In this document: positions 20,557-31,456 of the stretch, piece by piece | Numbering within the stretch: position 1 is the first letter of the stretch | Layout of the letters: each line of letters starts with the position of its first letter | Assembly: GCA_038046345.1 (NCBI GenBank) | Contig: JBBSWJ010000005.1 | Coordinates: 24,784 to 88,783 of the forward strand | Reading direction: 5' to 3' | From: Nanobdellota archaeon | Lineage (GTDB): Archaea; Nanobdellota; Nanobdellia; SCGC-AAA011-G17; JACPNG01 | Length of the DNA stretch: 64,000 nucleotides | Translations under genes and position numbers: made by a program | Notes under the pieces: generated by a model | The model's input: only the letters and a program-made list of their open reading frames with translations | Told to the model about the DNA's origin: nothing | Database searches by the model: none

Positions 20557-21607
20557 TCTTCTTAAGCGAATAAAGCACTTTTTCAAAGACAGAGTAAGCA
20601 TATTTTAGTTCTTGAACGCTGGTCAATTGGCTTATGCTTAATCTTAACGCGCTTTTAATTCGCTCCTCAGGCAAATTCATAGCTAACAGGACATGGCTTG
20701 GCTTCTGTTCTCTGGCCGAACAAGCACTCCCAGAACTAACAAAAACTTTTTTATGCGATAGATGTTGTAACATATCCATGCTTAGAACACCAAATGATAT
20801 ATTTAACAATCCATGTACACTCTTTTTTGGAGTATTAACCACCCCAAGAGCCCTGAATCTTTCAAATTCTTTTAATACTTTGGAAGAAATAGGAGAATAA
20901 TTTTGAATAGCTTTTGCAAAACCAGCAATTCCAGGGACATTTTGTGTACCAGCACGTAACCCAAACTCTTGAGAACCAGCAATTAAAGATTTTGCTTTAG
21001 TAGGATCATTCACGAACACAGCACCAACTCCTTTTGGTCCGTGAATCTTATGAGCGCTAATAGTAAGAAAATCAACAGGAATCTTCTTCACGTTAAAATC
21101 TAGCTTACAAAAACTCTGAACTATATCAGTATGAAACAGAGCTTTACAATCACGAGCCACATCATTCCAGTATTTTATATCTTGAATAGCACCTACCTCG
21201 TTATTAACATGAATAACAGATATTAATCCCGTGCCTAGCTGAGGTTCATATTCCTTAACGAAACATTCTTTATCAACGGGTAAAAGTTTATAATTGCATT
21301 CTTTGCCTGGATCAAGTAATGACTTATGTTCAACAGCGCTCATTAAAAGTTTTTTATTTCTTGGAACTTGTTTTATAATAAAATTATTCCCTTCAGAACC
21401 GCAAGAAGTAAAAATAATCTGATCAGCATTAGCATTAATCTTTTTTGCAACAACTTCTCTAGATCTTTCCAGAGCATCTGCTGCTACTTCACCTAAACGA
21501 TGCATTGAAGAAGGATTGCCAAACTTTTCATTGAAAAAAGGAAGCATGGATTCTACCACTGATTTTGTTACAGCAGTAGTAGAAGCACTATCAAGATAAG
21601 CTTGCAT
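20549..21607 (-). CDS. cysteine desulfurase (class V aminotransferase, NifS/IscS-like)
   Basis: PLP-lysine motif SAHKIHGPKG. The track ORF starts at 21724; the likely true start is the Met at 21607 (MQAYLDSASTT). Confidence 0.8.
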   Translation of the reverse strand: MQAYLDSASTTAVTKSVVESMLPFFNEKFGNPSSMHRLGEVAADALERSREVVAKKINANADQIIFTSCGSEGNNFIIKQVPRNKKLLMSAVEHKSLLDPGKECNYKLLPVDKECFVKEYEPQLGTGLISVIHVNNEVGAIQDIKYWNDVARDCKALFHTDIVQSFCKLDFNVKKIPVDFLTISAHKIHGPKGVGAVFVNDPTKAKSLIAGSQEFGLRAGTQNVPGIAGFAKAIQNYSPISSKVLKEFERFRALGVVNTPKKSVHGLLNISFGVLSMDMLQHLSHKKVFVSSGSACSAREQKPSHVLLAMNLPEERIKSALRLSISQLTSVQELKYAYSVFEKVLYSLKKIS

Positions 21608-21657
21608 TTGCTTGATATAACAAATAGTATTTAAATAAGTTTCTTTTAAAAAAATCA

Positions 21658-22266
21658 ATGATGCGCGCAAAAAAACTAAGTAATGATGTGTGGGAGCTGT
21701 CCGGAGGATTACAACCAAGCTCAAATGTATATTATATTAAGTCCATGCAATTGCTAATAGACTTAGCAAGCGAAAAAAATAAAGCAGACTTATTACAGCA
21801 GCTAGAGTTCATAAATGTAAAAGTTGAAGATATTAAGATCATTATTCTAACACACTTTCACTTTGACCACATTGGCAACTCAAAACTATTTAAACACGCA
21901 AAATTCTATGCTTCAGAAGATGAAATTATTAGCTATAGATTTGCACCAAGAAAAACAACTGGTAGCACTGGAAAAGAAATAGAAGGAATAAACATAAAAA
22001 AAATACCTGAAAGAATAGGTATTCTAAAAATCATTAAAACTCCAGGGCATACTAGAGGTTCTATATGCATACTCAAAGAAGATGATAAAATATTATTTAC
22101 CGGAGATACATTATTTCGAAATGGAGCGGTTGGTTGCACCAAACTACCAACATCTGTACCAAAAAAGATGGAAGAATCATTAAAAACTTTGTTAGCTATC
22201 CCACACAACGAATTAGGACCGGGGCACAATCTTGAAGATGGACTTATACTACAACAACATCATTAA
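21658..22266 (+). CDS. MBL-fold metallo-hydrolase
   Basis: Metallo-beta-lactamase motif HFHFDH. Confidence 0.8.
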   Translation: MMRAKKLSNDVWELSGGLQPSSNVYYIKSMQLLIDLASEKNKADLLQQLEFINVKVEDIKIIILTHFHFDHIGNSKLFKHAKFYASEDEIISYRFAPRKTTGSTGKEIEGINIKKIPERIGILKIIKTPGHTRGSICILKEDDKILFTGDTLFRNGAVGCTKLPTSVPKKMEESLKTLLAIPHNELGPGHNLEDGLILQQHH

Positions 22267-22690
22267 TTATAACGAATTATACGGAGAAGAACAAGAACAA
22301 AAACTTAAGATTATTAAAGAATATTTCGGAGAGTGTAAAGTACTTGACGTAGGATGCGGAACATTATTATCTAAAAAATATTTCAAAGATGTAACAGGAA
22401 TAGATCCAACTGGAATACCGCCAGCAATAAAAGGTGTTGCTGAATCGCTGCCATTTAAAGATAAAGAATTTGATTTGGTAATTTGTGTAACGGTTTTACA
22501 CAATGTAAACAATCCTGAAAAAGCTATACAAGAATTAAAACGAGTAAGCAAGGGAAAGATAGCAATAACATTACTAAAAAAAAGCAGTAAACTTCAATGT
22601 TTAAAAGAATTAACAGAAAAGTACTTTAAAAAATTTAAAATGATAGAGGAAAAAAAAGATATCATATATCTAATCAAATATTCTGAATAG
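22232..22690 (+). CDS. class I SAM-dependent methyltransferase
   Basis: Motif I VLDVGCGTL. Confidence 0.75.
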   Translation: MKMDLYYNNIINYNELYGEEQEQKLKIIKEYFGECKVLDVGCGTLLSKKYFKDVTGIDPTGIPPAIKGVAESLPFKDKEFDLVICVTVLHNVNNPEKAIQELKRVSKGKIAITLLKKSSKLQCLKELTEKYFKKFKMIEEKKDIIYLIKYSE

Positions 22691-24505
22691 CTTTCCCTTT
22701 TCATTATCTTTCTCTTCTGAGTCACGCTTGCCCATCTGTGTTTCAGACTCTTTAATTTGTTTCAGCATTTGTTCTCTATAATCTTTTAATGCCTCTTCAC
22801 GGCTAGCAAACTTGATAGAAGAAACAGGGTTTAATGCTGACTCAGCTTTTTTCTTTTTCAAAATTGAGATGTACTTAGCTTCTTTACGCATTTTCTTATG
22901 AGCGATTATCTCTAATCTTTTCCTTCGTTTGAACATGGCAAGAAGAGCGTAAACTACTAATCCGATAACAGCTATAAACAGGATCCATGATAAAAAGCCA
23001 CTATTACTAACTGAGCTTGTCCCGTCTACATAAACAGCAGGAAAGTTTTTAACGAAATCACCGCTTACAACATCAATGTCATATACCCCCGTTACAACAT
23101 TCCTACCTAAAGGAAAAATAACCTCTTGATTTGTTGTTAAACTGGTTTTTTTGACAGCAACAATTGAGTCATCATAACTAATCCTTATTGGACGGTCATA
23201 AACAGTATTGCCTTTGTTTATAATAACTAAATTCTGACCTGATAAAAAAATATCAAGCAATTCAAGTGTTTCAATAAAAAAACTACTTAATTTTGATATG
23301 CCTCCCACTTCTGCTTGCACTGAAAACTCTCCTGGATTGGCATCTGCAGGCAGGGTAAATAATAAAGGTTTGTTAGCATCAACAACTTCACGGATAACCA
23401 GCTTGCTTCTAGAATCACGAAGTGAAATAGTTACTGCCTCATCAAGTGGATCACCAGCCTGGTCATATACTAATGGAGTAATCTCAATAGTTTCTCCAGG
23501 TAAGATTTGATTGGCGCTTAAATCTATAGTAAGCTCGTTTAGTTTTGCAATAACTTCCATAACAACATCAACAACACCATTATTGCCAAAATCATCTACA
23601 ATTCTAACTTCCGCTGTATGTTTGCCAGAAGCTATATCAGATGGAACTATCAGCTCATATGAATAAACTCCACCTTCAATGATAGTATTAAATGTCTCAT
23701 TCATAAAACGTATAACTACAGTACCATCTAGTATCTCTTCTTGTAATGTTGTTTTAGCATCACCAAAAATCTTTATCTTATCGCCAGGGTAAACTTGTGT
23801 TTTACTAAGGGATGCAGATGCATACAGATCACTAACAAAGGTAAAGGATGCGACATCTTCAAAATTTTTGTTATTCCCATAAATATCTCTAACATTTAAA
23901 TCAATATTATAAATTCCGGCAGGGATTCTATTTCCAACAAAAGTATAGATTAAATCACCATCAGAAAAACTAGCGACATCAACAAAGAATTTTGAGTTGT
24001 TATCAGAAAAATAAATACTAACAGCACCAGAAGTATCTAAACCATTCAGCTTGGATATTGTACCTGTTAAAACTATGCTATCCCCAGCTTGTACGATATC
24101 TTTATCAACAAAAAAAGATCCTTGTAAATCTTTAGTTACTAAAAAATTATTTGATGCTGCAGACTCTACAACTTGGTTGCCTTCAACTAATGAAAATTCC
24201 AAAAAACATGTACCTTCCATTTCAGTACTTACAACAATTTTTGATATAGCAAAATCTTGAGGGAACGTCTTTTTTTCTCTGCCATCTAAAGAAATTGCTG
24301 TCATTGGAAGATCAAAATAAGTAGCTCCGCAATTAATGCTTGGTTTTAATACACCATCAAAATCTGTTTCTCTTGACACATAACCAGATATTTCAATTTG
24401 GTCACCAAGATTATACACACTTTGATCTGGAGCGTTTAAGCTAATTATAGCAGCTACAGATGGAATTAATATCAATAAGAACACCAACAATCCTGCTTTT
24501 TTCAT
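22670..24505 (-). CDS. large cell-surface protein (signal peptide, Ig-like repeats, C-terminal TM anchor plus basic tail)
   Basis: N-terminal signal peptide; C-terminal TM segment followed by KRRKR and a charged tail. Confidence 0.6.
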   Translation of the reverse strand: MKKAGLLVFLLILIPSVAAIISLNAPDQSVYNLGDQIEISGYVSRETDFDGVLKPSINCGATYFDLPMTAISLDGREKKTFPQDFAISKIVVSTEMEGTCFLEFSLVEGNQVVESAASNNFLVTKDLQGSFFVDKDIVQAGDSIVLTGTISKLNGLDTSGAVSIYFSDNNSKFFVDVASFSDGDLIYTFVGNRIPAGIYNIDLNVRDIYGNNKNFEDVASFTFVSDLYASASLSKTQVYPGDKIKIFGDAKTTLQEEILDGTVVIRFMNETFNTIIEGGVYSYELIVPSDIASGKHTAEVRIVDDFGNNGVVDVVMEVIAKLNELTIDLSANQILPGETIEITPLVYDQAGDPLDEAVTISLRDSRSKLVIREVVDANKPLLFTLPADANPGEFSVQAEVGGISKLSSFFIETLELLDIFLSGQNLVIINKGNTVYDRPIRISYDDSIVAVKKTSLTTNQEVIFPLGRNVVTGVYDIDVVSGDFVKNFPAVYVDGTSSVSNSGFLSWILFIAVIGLVVYALLAMFKRRKRLEIIAHKKMRKEAKYISILKKKKAESALNPVSSIKFASREEALKDYREQMLKQIKESETQMGKRDSEEKDNEKGKLFRIFD

Positions 24506-24718
24506 GGGATAAAATAATTAAATACTATATAAATAGTTTACTATACTAAAATTGCTGTGAACCGATATAAAGCTAAGTTTCAGACCAGCCGAATAACCAT
24601 GTAGAACGCTTAAAGGTGCCGATCTTTTAATAAGCTAGATCAGTCAATAAAGAGGATTATTACCAAAACAGTTTTGATGCACAGGTAAGTTTAAATATTT
24701 GCTTGAAATAAAAAAATT

Positions 24719-26596
24719 ATGAGGATTATAACATTACATACTGATTATATAGAATTTGAAGTCAAAAAAAAGGCAATAAAAGATGTTCCAGATGCACCAA
24801 AAGGAAAACAGAAAATAGAAGAATGTTTAGTAGTATTAACTGCTGTTGAAAAAACTGATGAGCCAGACATTAAAAATATAGTGCAACAATTAGTAAAAGA
24901 AGTAACAAATATAGCAGGTGAAGTAAAAACAGATAAGATCGTGTTATACCCTTACGCACATTTAAGCTCTAATCTTTCCAGTCCCAAACCAGCGCAAGAA
25001 GTAATAGAGCTTGCTAGAAAAGGTTTATCAAAAAAGTTTAAAGTGTTCAGTGCGCCATTTGGTTATTACAAAAGTTTTGAATTAAAATGTAAGGGCCATC
25101 CGCTGTCTGAACTATCAAGAGAATTTAAACCAGTAAAAGATGGAGAGAATAAAGCAGTTGCAGCAGAGAAGAAACTAAAAAGTGAATGGTATATAATTGA
25201 TACAACTGGGGCATTAAAGAAAATAAAATACGATAAAAATAAGATTATAGGATTTGATTTTAGTAAGTATAAGACTTTAGAGAAATTTGCACAATATGAG
25301 CTTGCAAAAGTAAGAGCGGTAAATCAGGAACCTCCGCATGTTAGGCTGATGAGAAAACTGGAATTAGTGGACTATGAACCAGGAAGTGATCCGGGAAATC
25401 TAAGATATTATCCTAAGGGGAGGTTGATTAAAAGTTTGTTAGAACAATTTACCACTGAAAAAATGATAGATTACGGTGCAATGGAAATTGAGTCACCAAT
25501 AATGTATGATTATGAACATCCTTCATTAAAAAGTTATATGAACAGGTTCCCAGCAAGACAATATACAATACAAACACCTAACAAGAAGGTTTTTTTGCGA
25601 TTTGCTGCTTGCTTTGGTCAATTCTTAATGCAGAGAGATGCACAAACTTCATATAAGCATTTGCCCACAAGATTATATGAACTAACAAGATATTCCTTTA
25701 GAGCAGAACAACATGGAGAGCTAACAGGATTAAGAAGATTACGCGCATTTACAATGCCGGACTGTCATGCATTTTGCGCAGATATAGAACAAGCAAAAGA
25801 AGAGATGTTAAAGCGATTAGAAGTTTCAAGACAATTACAAGGAGAGATAGGATTTGATTTTAGAAATGACTTTGAATTTGCAATAAGGGTAACAAAAGAA
25901 TTCTATGGAAAAAATAAAGAATTTGTGAACAGTTTAGTAAAGAAATGGAATAAGCCAACTTTATTAGAAATCTGGGATAAGAAATTTTTTTATTTTATAT
26001 TAAAGTATGAATGGAATTATGTGGATAATTTAGATAAAGCTGCAACACTAACAACTGATCAAATAGATGTAGAAAATGCAAAAAGATATGGTATTACTTA
26101 TATTGATTCTAATGGTAAGAAACAATTTCCGCTTATACTGCATTTATCACCAACGGGAGCAATTGAAAGAGTATTGTATGCATTACTTGAAAGAGCGGCA
26201 AAAGAAGAAAAAGATGGAAAGGTTCCAACATTACCATTATGGTTAAGTCCTACACAAGTAAGATTAATTCCTGTTTCTTTAGAGAAACATAAAGGTATTA
26301 CAGATAAAATGATGGAACAATTTCAAGAAGCTAATATCAGAGTGGATATTGACGATAATGGGGAGAGTATTGGAAAGAGAATAAGAGAAGCAGAGCTAGA
26401 ATGGGTGCCATACATCATTGTTATTGGTGACAAAGAAAAAGATGGAACTATCACTGTACGTAAAAGAGGTATAAAAGAACAAAAGGATATGAAGGTTGAA
26501 AGTTTAATTAAAGAGATAGAACGAGAAGTTAAAGGTAAACCTTTCAAAAAGCTGCCTTTACCACGGTATTTATCTAAAAGAATTAGATTTGTATGA
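24719..26596 (+). CDS. thrS: threonyl-tRNA synthetase, archaeal type (N-terminal editing domain)
   Basis: Class II aaRS core motifs; archaeal-type N-terminal editing domain (MRIITLHTDYIEFEV). Confidence 0.9.
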   Translation: MRIITLHTDYIEFEVKKKAIKDVPDAPKGKQKIEECLVVLTAVEKTDEPDIKNIVQQLVKEVTNIAGEVKTDKIVLYPYAHLSSNLSSPKPAQEVIELARKGLSKKFKVFSAPFGYYKSFELKCKGHPLSELSREFKPVKDGENKAVAAEKKLKSEWYIIDTTGALKKIKYDKNKIIGFDFSKYKTLEKFAQYELAKVRAVNQEPPHVRLMRKLELVDYEPGSDPGNLRYYPKGRLIKSLLEQFTTEKMIDYGAMEIESPIMYDYEHPSLKSYMNRFPARQYTIQTPNKKVFLRFAACFGQFLMQRDAQTSYKHLPTRLYELTRYSFRAEQHGELTGLRRLRAFTMPDCHAFCADIEQAKEEMLKRLEVSRQLQGEIGFDFRNDFEFAIRVTKEFYGKNKEFVNSLVKKWNKPTLLEIWDKKFFYFILKYEWNYVDNLDKAATLTTDQIDVENAKRYGITYIDSNGKKQFPLILHLSPTGAIERVLYALLERAAKEEKDGKVPTLPLWLSPTQVRLIPVSLEKHKGITDKMMEQFQEANIRVDIDDNGESIGKRIREAELEWVPYIIVIGDKEKDGTITVRKRGIKEQKDMKVESLIKEIEREVKGKPFKKLPLPRYLSKRIRFV

Positions 26597-27309
26597 TGAA
26601 AAGATCTCTAAGAACATTATTGCTTGCTGCTTGTTTTACTGTTATCTATGATGGTGTAAACGCAATTACAGATGTTATCGACCCAAAGAGCATACCCTCT
26701 TCCAATGAGCACAAGCGTAATATAGAATGGCTCGCTCTAGTAAATGAGGAACTTGCAGATGTCATAGCTGAACATGTTAGAAAGATCTTTGAGCAGGGGT
26801 TTGCAGAGCACTTCAGTAAAAACGATTTCTATCATGGACATTTTATAGCTGCAGACCAAGAAAAATGTAAACAGCTTGAAGAAATTAAGGGTTTCACTGA
26901 GGAAGACTGGCGTAGGTTATATTTATCTGCAAAACCACATTTCCTTTATCATACATTTGAAAACACTTGGCTAAGAGATCCATACATGGGATTGCCGCGG
27001 AGTATTATTGGAACCTTGGGTGGAGAAATACAGCCAGTAAGAACAGACACTAAAAACTTTATAAGCCACGGCACAGTAAACAGTAAGGATACATTTAGAG
27101 TTGGTAATATAACCTATAGTGGCATGTGTGATGCAATATTACTCAGATCAAACAGTCATGAAGGTAGTGAGATCTTTTTTAATGACGGGAAATTTAATTA
27201 TATTCCAAATTACTCACAGTTCTACATCTTACCAACCCCAAAAGGAAGATATAAAGCTAATGGGGAGAACTTTGATATTTATTTTGATATTCATAGGCTG
27301 CCAAGATAA
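26593..27309 (+). CDS. hypothetical secreted protein
   Basis: Signal peptide MMKRSLRTLLLAACFTVIYDGVNA. ATGA overlap with the thrS stop. Somewhat GC-richer than surrounding genes. Confidence 0.5.
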   Translation: MMKRSLRTLLLAACFTVIYDGVNAITDVIDPKSIPSSNEHKRNIEWLALVNEELADVIAEHVRKIFEQGFAEHFSKNDFYHGHFIAADQEKCKQLEEIKGFTEEDWRRLYLSAKPHFLYHTFENTWLRDPYMGLPRSIIGTLGGEIQPVRTDTKNFISHGTVNSKDTFRVGNITYSGMCDAILLRSNSHEGSEIFFNDGKFNYIPNYSQFYILPTPKGRYKANGENFDIYFDIHRLPR

Positions 27310-27371
27310 GTTTTATCCGTAACAAGTGAAAATACAACATTTTTAAAGAGCAAAAAGAAATACTTTCACTA

Positions 27372-27872
27372 ATGCTAGATCAGTTAAAAGAAGAGGTTGA
27401 AACATTAAGGTACACAAAAGAGTTCATAGACTACAAATCTAAACATTCAAATGCGTATCTTTGTGCAGGATTCAAAATAATAGATCATTTAGGTAAGATA
27501 CCATGGCAGATTGATTTTTATTGTCCTGATAAAAAAATTATAACAACATTTATCTTTGATAAATCTTTAGAACAAAAAGAAACAGACGAAATAAGTCCAG
27601 CAGAAGAAGAAATAAAAGAATTAAACCTTGAAAATATTGATATAGACTTCTCAAAAACATTAGAGATTATTGATAAAATAATTCAAGAAAAATATCCAAC
27701 CCAAAAATCTAACAAAATTATAGTTGTACTTCAAAAAATCAACGGAATAGAAACATGGAATGTTAGTCATTTAACAGATCAGTTTAACATATTAAATGTA
27801 TGTATTAATGCCCAAACTGGTGAAGTAATTAAAGAAAAACTTCAGCAGATAATCTCCTTCAAGCAAAATTAA
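27372..27872 (+). CDS. hypothetical protein
   Basis: 166-aa ORF. No recognised domain. Confidence 0.4.
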   Translation: MLDQLKEEVETLRYTKEFIDYKSKHSNAYLCAGFKIIDHLGKIPWQIDFYCPDKKIITTFIFDKSLEQKETDEISPAEEEIKELNLENIDIDFSKTLEIIDKIIQEKYPTQKSNKIIVVLQKINGIETWNVSHLTDQFNILNVCINAQTGEVIKEKLQQIISFKQN

Positions 27873-27881
27873 TTTATTATC

Positions 27882-28148
27882 ATGGAATTAACTGAAATAA
27901 TAGCAAATTTGCCAATACTACCGCCGGTTCATACTTGCAGAGAACCAGTTAGTTCACAACACTTAGCAAGGATTAAAATGAATATGCCATCACTTATTAC
28001 TTTAGAAACACATCACATTCTGGGAAGAAACGAAGCAAGCACTATGATATTCTATGGGGATAGATTTGACAAGTCAGGAAAAACAACAAGTTATCAAAGT
28101 TTATATGTACAATTCATTGAAAGTTACGAAATTCTAGACCAAGAATAA
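27882..28148 (+). CDS. hypothetical protein
   Basis: 88-aa ORF. No recognised domain. Confidence 0.3.
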   Translation: MELTEIIANLPILPPVHTCREPVSSQHLARIKMNMPSLITLETHHILGRNEASTMIFYGDRFDKSGKTTSYQSLYVQFIESYEILDQE

Positions 28149-28202
28149 CGGTGTGTAAACCTTTAAAAAGTATTTTAACAAATTATATTGCCGTGAGCAA
28201 AT

Positions 28203-29921
28203 ATGATAAGACAACCAGTTGTGGCATTTGTAGGGCATGTAGACCATGGAAAATCTAGTATACTTGAATTTATCAAAGAAGTTCCTATAACCAAAAAAGA
28301 GGCTGGAGGTATAACCCAGGCCATAAAAGCATATACAGTACCTTTCGAGAAAATAAAGAAAATCTGTGGTACACAGTTAGAATCTTTAAAACAAGATGTC
28401 ACCATACCCGGAATATTATTTATTGATACACCGGGGCATGCAGCATTCACAAGCTTAAGGAAACGTGGCGGGAATATCTCTGACATAGCAATATTGGTCA
28501 TAGACATAAATGAAGGATTAAAACCACAAACAATTGAAGCAATAGAAATATTAAAGACATTCAAAACTCCGTTTGTTGTTGCATTAAACAAAATTGATTC
28601 AATCCAAGGATGGAGACCAAATAAAAGCAAGCCAGTCTTGCAAAATATAAAATCTCAAGCAGCAAGAACACAAACCATGCTTGATGAAAGGCTATACGAA
28701 ATTTTAGGTAACCTATTTACTCACGGGATACAAAGCGAGAGATTTGACAGAGTAGAAGATTTCACAAAAACAGTTGCAATAATCCCCATAAGCGCAAAAA
28801 CCGGTGAAGGTATCCCAGAACTATTGATGATAATAACTGGGCTATGCCAAAAATACCTAGAAGACTCTTTAAAAATTGAAGTTAGCGGAACGGGAAGCGG
28901 GACATTGCTTGAGGTAAATGATGAACGTGGTCTGGGCACCACTCTTAATATGATCTTATACGATGGTACAATAAAAATAAATGATACCATAGTAATCGGT
29001 GGGGTAAATAGTCCTATTACTACAAAAGTAAGAAGTATAAGACTTTATGAAGGGAAAAAGTTTACAACACCAAAGTCAATAAGCGCTGCAGCTTCTATAA
29101 ATATAATCGCACCGAGCATAAAAGATGCAGTGCCTGGCATGCCAATTAAAGTAGCAACTCCAAATAGTTTAGAAGAGATTAAAGTTAGTATACAGAAAGA
29201 AATAAGTGAATCCATTATTGAAACAGAAGAAGAAGGTATTGTACTAAAAGCAGATAGTCTTGGTGGTTTAGAAGCACTTACTAAGTTACTTAAAGAAAAA
29301 AAAGTTCCAATTAAAAAAACCGGTCTTGGTGGCATAACAAAAAAAGACATTGCAACAGCTGCTGCAGCTAAAAATGATATAAATAAAGTGATACTAGCTT
29401 TTAATATACCCACTGAAAAGGATAGTTCTATAAAAATAATACAAGCTGATGTAGTCTATAAAATAATAGAAGATTATGAACGATGGGTCTTAGAAGAAGA
29501 AAAAAAGAATACCAACAAAGAGTTCGAGGGAGTTACTAGACCAGCTAAATTAGAATTTTTACAACATTACGTTTTTAGGCAATCTAATCCAGCTATAATC
29601 GGGGTTAGGATTATTGGGGGCAAAATAAAAGTAGGGATGATACTAATAAAGGATGGTAAGGAGCTTGCAAGAATAAAAGAGATACAGCATGAAAAAGAAA
29701 ATGTAACAGACGCAGTTAAGGGGCAGGAAGTAGCAATTGCATTACCAGGGATAACAGTTAGCAGACAGATAAATGAAGGGGATATTATGTATTCTGACAT
29801 AACCGAGAACGAATACTTAAAGCTTAAAAAATTAAAAAGCTTTTTAAATCCAGAAGAAGTTGAAATTTTAAAGGAGATAGCCCAAATTAAAAGAAAAATA
29901 AAAAAGTTATGGGGGGTATAA
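28203..29921 (+). CDS. infB: translation initiation factor aIF5B (IF2 homolog)
   Basis: GTPase motifs G1 GHVDHGKS, G3 DTPGH, G4 NKID. Domain order typical of aIF5B. Confidence 0.92.
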   Translation: MIRQPVVAFVGHVDHGKSSILEFIKEVPITKKEAGGITQAIKAYTVPFEKIKKICGTQLESLKQDVTIPGILFIDTPGHAAFTSLRKRGGNISDIAILVIDINEGLKPQTIEAIEILKTFKTPFVVALNKIDSIQGWRPNKSKPVLQNIKSQAARTQTMLDERLYEILGNLFTHGIQSERFDRVEDFTKTVAIIPISAKTGEGIPELLMIITGLCQKYLEDSLKIEVSGTGSGTLLEVNDERGLGTTLNMILYDGTIKINDTIVIGGVNSPITTKVRSIRLYEGKKFTTPKSISAAASINIIAPSIKDAVPGMPIKVATPNSLEEIKVSIQKEISESIIETEEEGIVLKADSLGGLEALTKLLKEKKVPIKKTGLGGITKKDIATAAAAKNDINKVILAFNIPTEKDSSIKIIQADVVYKIIEDYERWVLEEEKKNTNKEFEGVTRPAKLEFLQHYVFRQSNPAIIGVRIIGGKIKVGMILIKDGKELARIKEIQHEKENVTDAVKGQEVAIALPGITVSRQINEGDIMYSDITENEYLKLKKLKSFLNPEEVEILKEIAQIKRKIKKLWGV

Positions 29922-30335
29922 ATGGCTGAGATAAAATTTAACATAAGTAATCCTAAAACAGGAAAAAGTTATAAGAGAACAATAGAAACAAATGAATTTT
30001 TAGGAAAACAAATGAATAATACTATTAATGGCGAGCTATTAGAACTGCCAGGTTATGAACTGCAAATAACTGGTGGATCAGATAATTCTGGATTCCCAAT
30101 GCGTGCAGACATACCTGGATCAAAAAGAATAAAGGCTCTGTTATCGGGTGGTACTGGTATCCATCTTAAGATGAAGGGGTTAAGAAAAAGAAAAAGTGTG
30201 ACTGGTAGAGAGATCGGATCAAGCATTGCCCAGATTAATCTAAAGATTATAAAAGCTGGTCCTAAGAGTATTGAAGAAAATTACGGGATTGAACCAAAAG
30301 TAACTGAAGAAAAACCTGTTCAGGCTGAAGAATGA
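29922..30335 (+). CDS. rps6e: 30S ribosomal protein S6e
   Basis: MAEIKFNISNPKTGKSYK ... GGSDNSGFPMR matches S6e. Confidence 0.9.
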   Translation: MAEIKFNISNPKTGKSYKRTIETNEFLGKQMNNTINGELLELPGYELQITGGSDNSGFPMRADIPGSKRIKALLSGGTGIHLKMKGLRKRKSVTGREIGSSIAQINLKIIKAGPKSIEENYGIEPKVTEEKPVQAEE

Positions 30336-30616
30336 AATATAAAACAAAAAGTGTTATAATCGGTAGAAAAAAGAAGGATAAAGAGGATGTACTTTTTAGA
30401 CCATGTTTCATAGCATTATTTGACTTAAATGACCCGCATAAAGCTAATGAAGTACCAAAAGAGATTATTGAAATAAAAAAAGCAAAACGTATTGATATCA
30501 TTGACTTTAAATTAAAGTTTATGTTGATGGGCGGTGATATTGTGATAAATGACTTAAAGTGGATTGAAGTACAAGAAGAAAATGGTAATGTAAGGATTAC
30601 TGGACAACAAGTATAA
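30332..30616 (+). CDS. hypothetical protein co-transcribed with S6e
   Basis: 94 aa; ATGA overlap with the S6e stop. Confidence 0.4.
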   Translation: MKYKTKSVIIGRKKKDKEDVLFRPCFIALFDLNDPHKANEVPKEIIEIKKAKRIDIIDFKLKFMLMGGDIVINDLKWIEVQEENGNVRITGQQV

Positions 30617-30676
30617 TAATTATTTGTGTTCTTGTTGCTTAATATTTTGTAATTCTTATGGCATTATGTAAAAAGT

Positions 30677-31303
30677 CTATCTTTCCCTATCTTGATTTAT
30701 GCACACATAAGTTATACTTTCCCGCTTTAATATGCGATGAATTTGTGATAATGGTCTGATATGATGAGCTTCCATTACTACAACTAAAGGTTTTGTTGTC
30801 TTTGGTTGATATTCAACAATCCTATTACCCATTCTTCTCTCTCGATATATCACTTCAATTGGTGATTCAGTTGTACATATATATTCTGGATATTTTCTAT
30901 GTATTTCTTTTTCGACTATGTCTAATTCAGCATAGGATAAATCAATACCTATTGCAATGAAACCATATTTTTCAGCCCACGCCATCACATGTTTATCCTC
31001 TGATAATGATTTATCAGATAATTCAAAATCATCAATACAATTTACCGGAACACCTTCTAAAAAAGTATGTCTTTTTACACCAGGATCATATCTTCTTGCA
31101 CCAAGAAATTCGTGTAATAAATAATCTGGTTTAGCTTGTTCAATAATTTCTTCTTGCTCTTCATGATGTTGAAACTTAGCATATCCCTCTCCCAGAATGA
31201 TTATTAAAGGTTCATCTCCGTAGAAATGGTATCCGCATCCATTTGATATACACCATTCCCTGATAACTTTTTTTTCAAGCATCTGGAAAATAATAGTTTT
31301 CAC
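30677..31303 (-). CDS. hypothetical protein (weak resemblance to the TraB/Tiki/ChaN fold)
   Basis: IIILGEGYAKFQHHEE is loosely reminiscent of the GExH/GTAH motifs of that superfamily. Not reliable. Confidence 0.35.
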   Translation of the reverse strand: MKTIIFQMLEKKVIREWCISNGCGYHFYGDEPLIIILGEGYAKFQHHEEQEEIIEQAKPDYLLHEFLGARRYDPGVKRHTFLEGVPVNCIDDFELSDKSLSEDKHVMAWAEKYGFIAIGIDLSYAELDIVEKEIHRKYPEYICTTESPIEVIYRERRMGNRIVEYQPKTTKPLVVVMEAHHIRPLSQIHRILKRESITYVCINQDRER

Positions 31304-31456
31304 TTTTTAAATTTTTCTATCTGTAACCACTTTATAATAGAGTCCATATAATAATTCTACGCCATTGATGAAATTTAGACGGGCCATCCAAAAGCCATAA
31401 CACAACAATCCCCATTACAAGAAAGGTTTATAAAAACCTCCTTTGATTAAGCTTCT

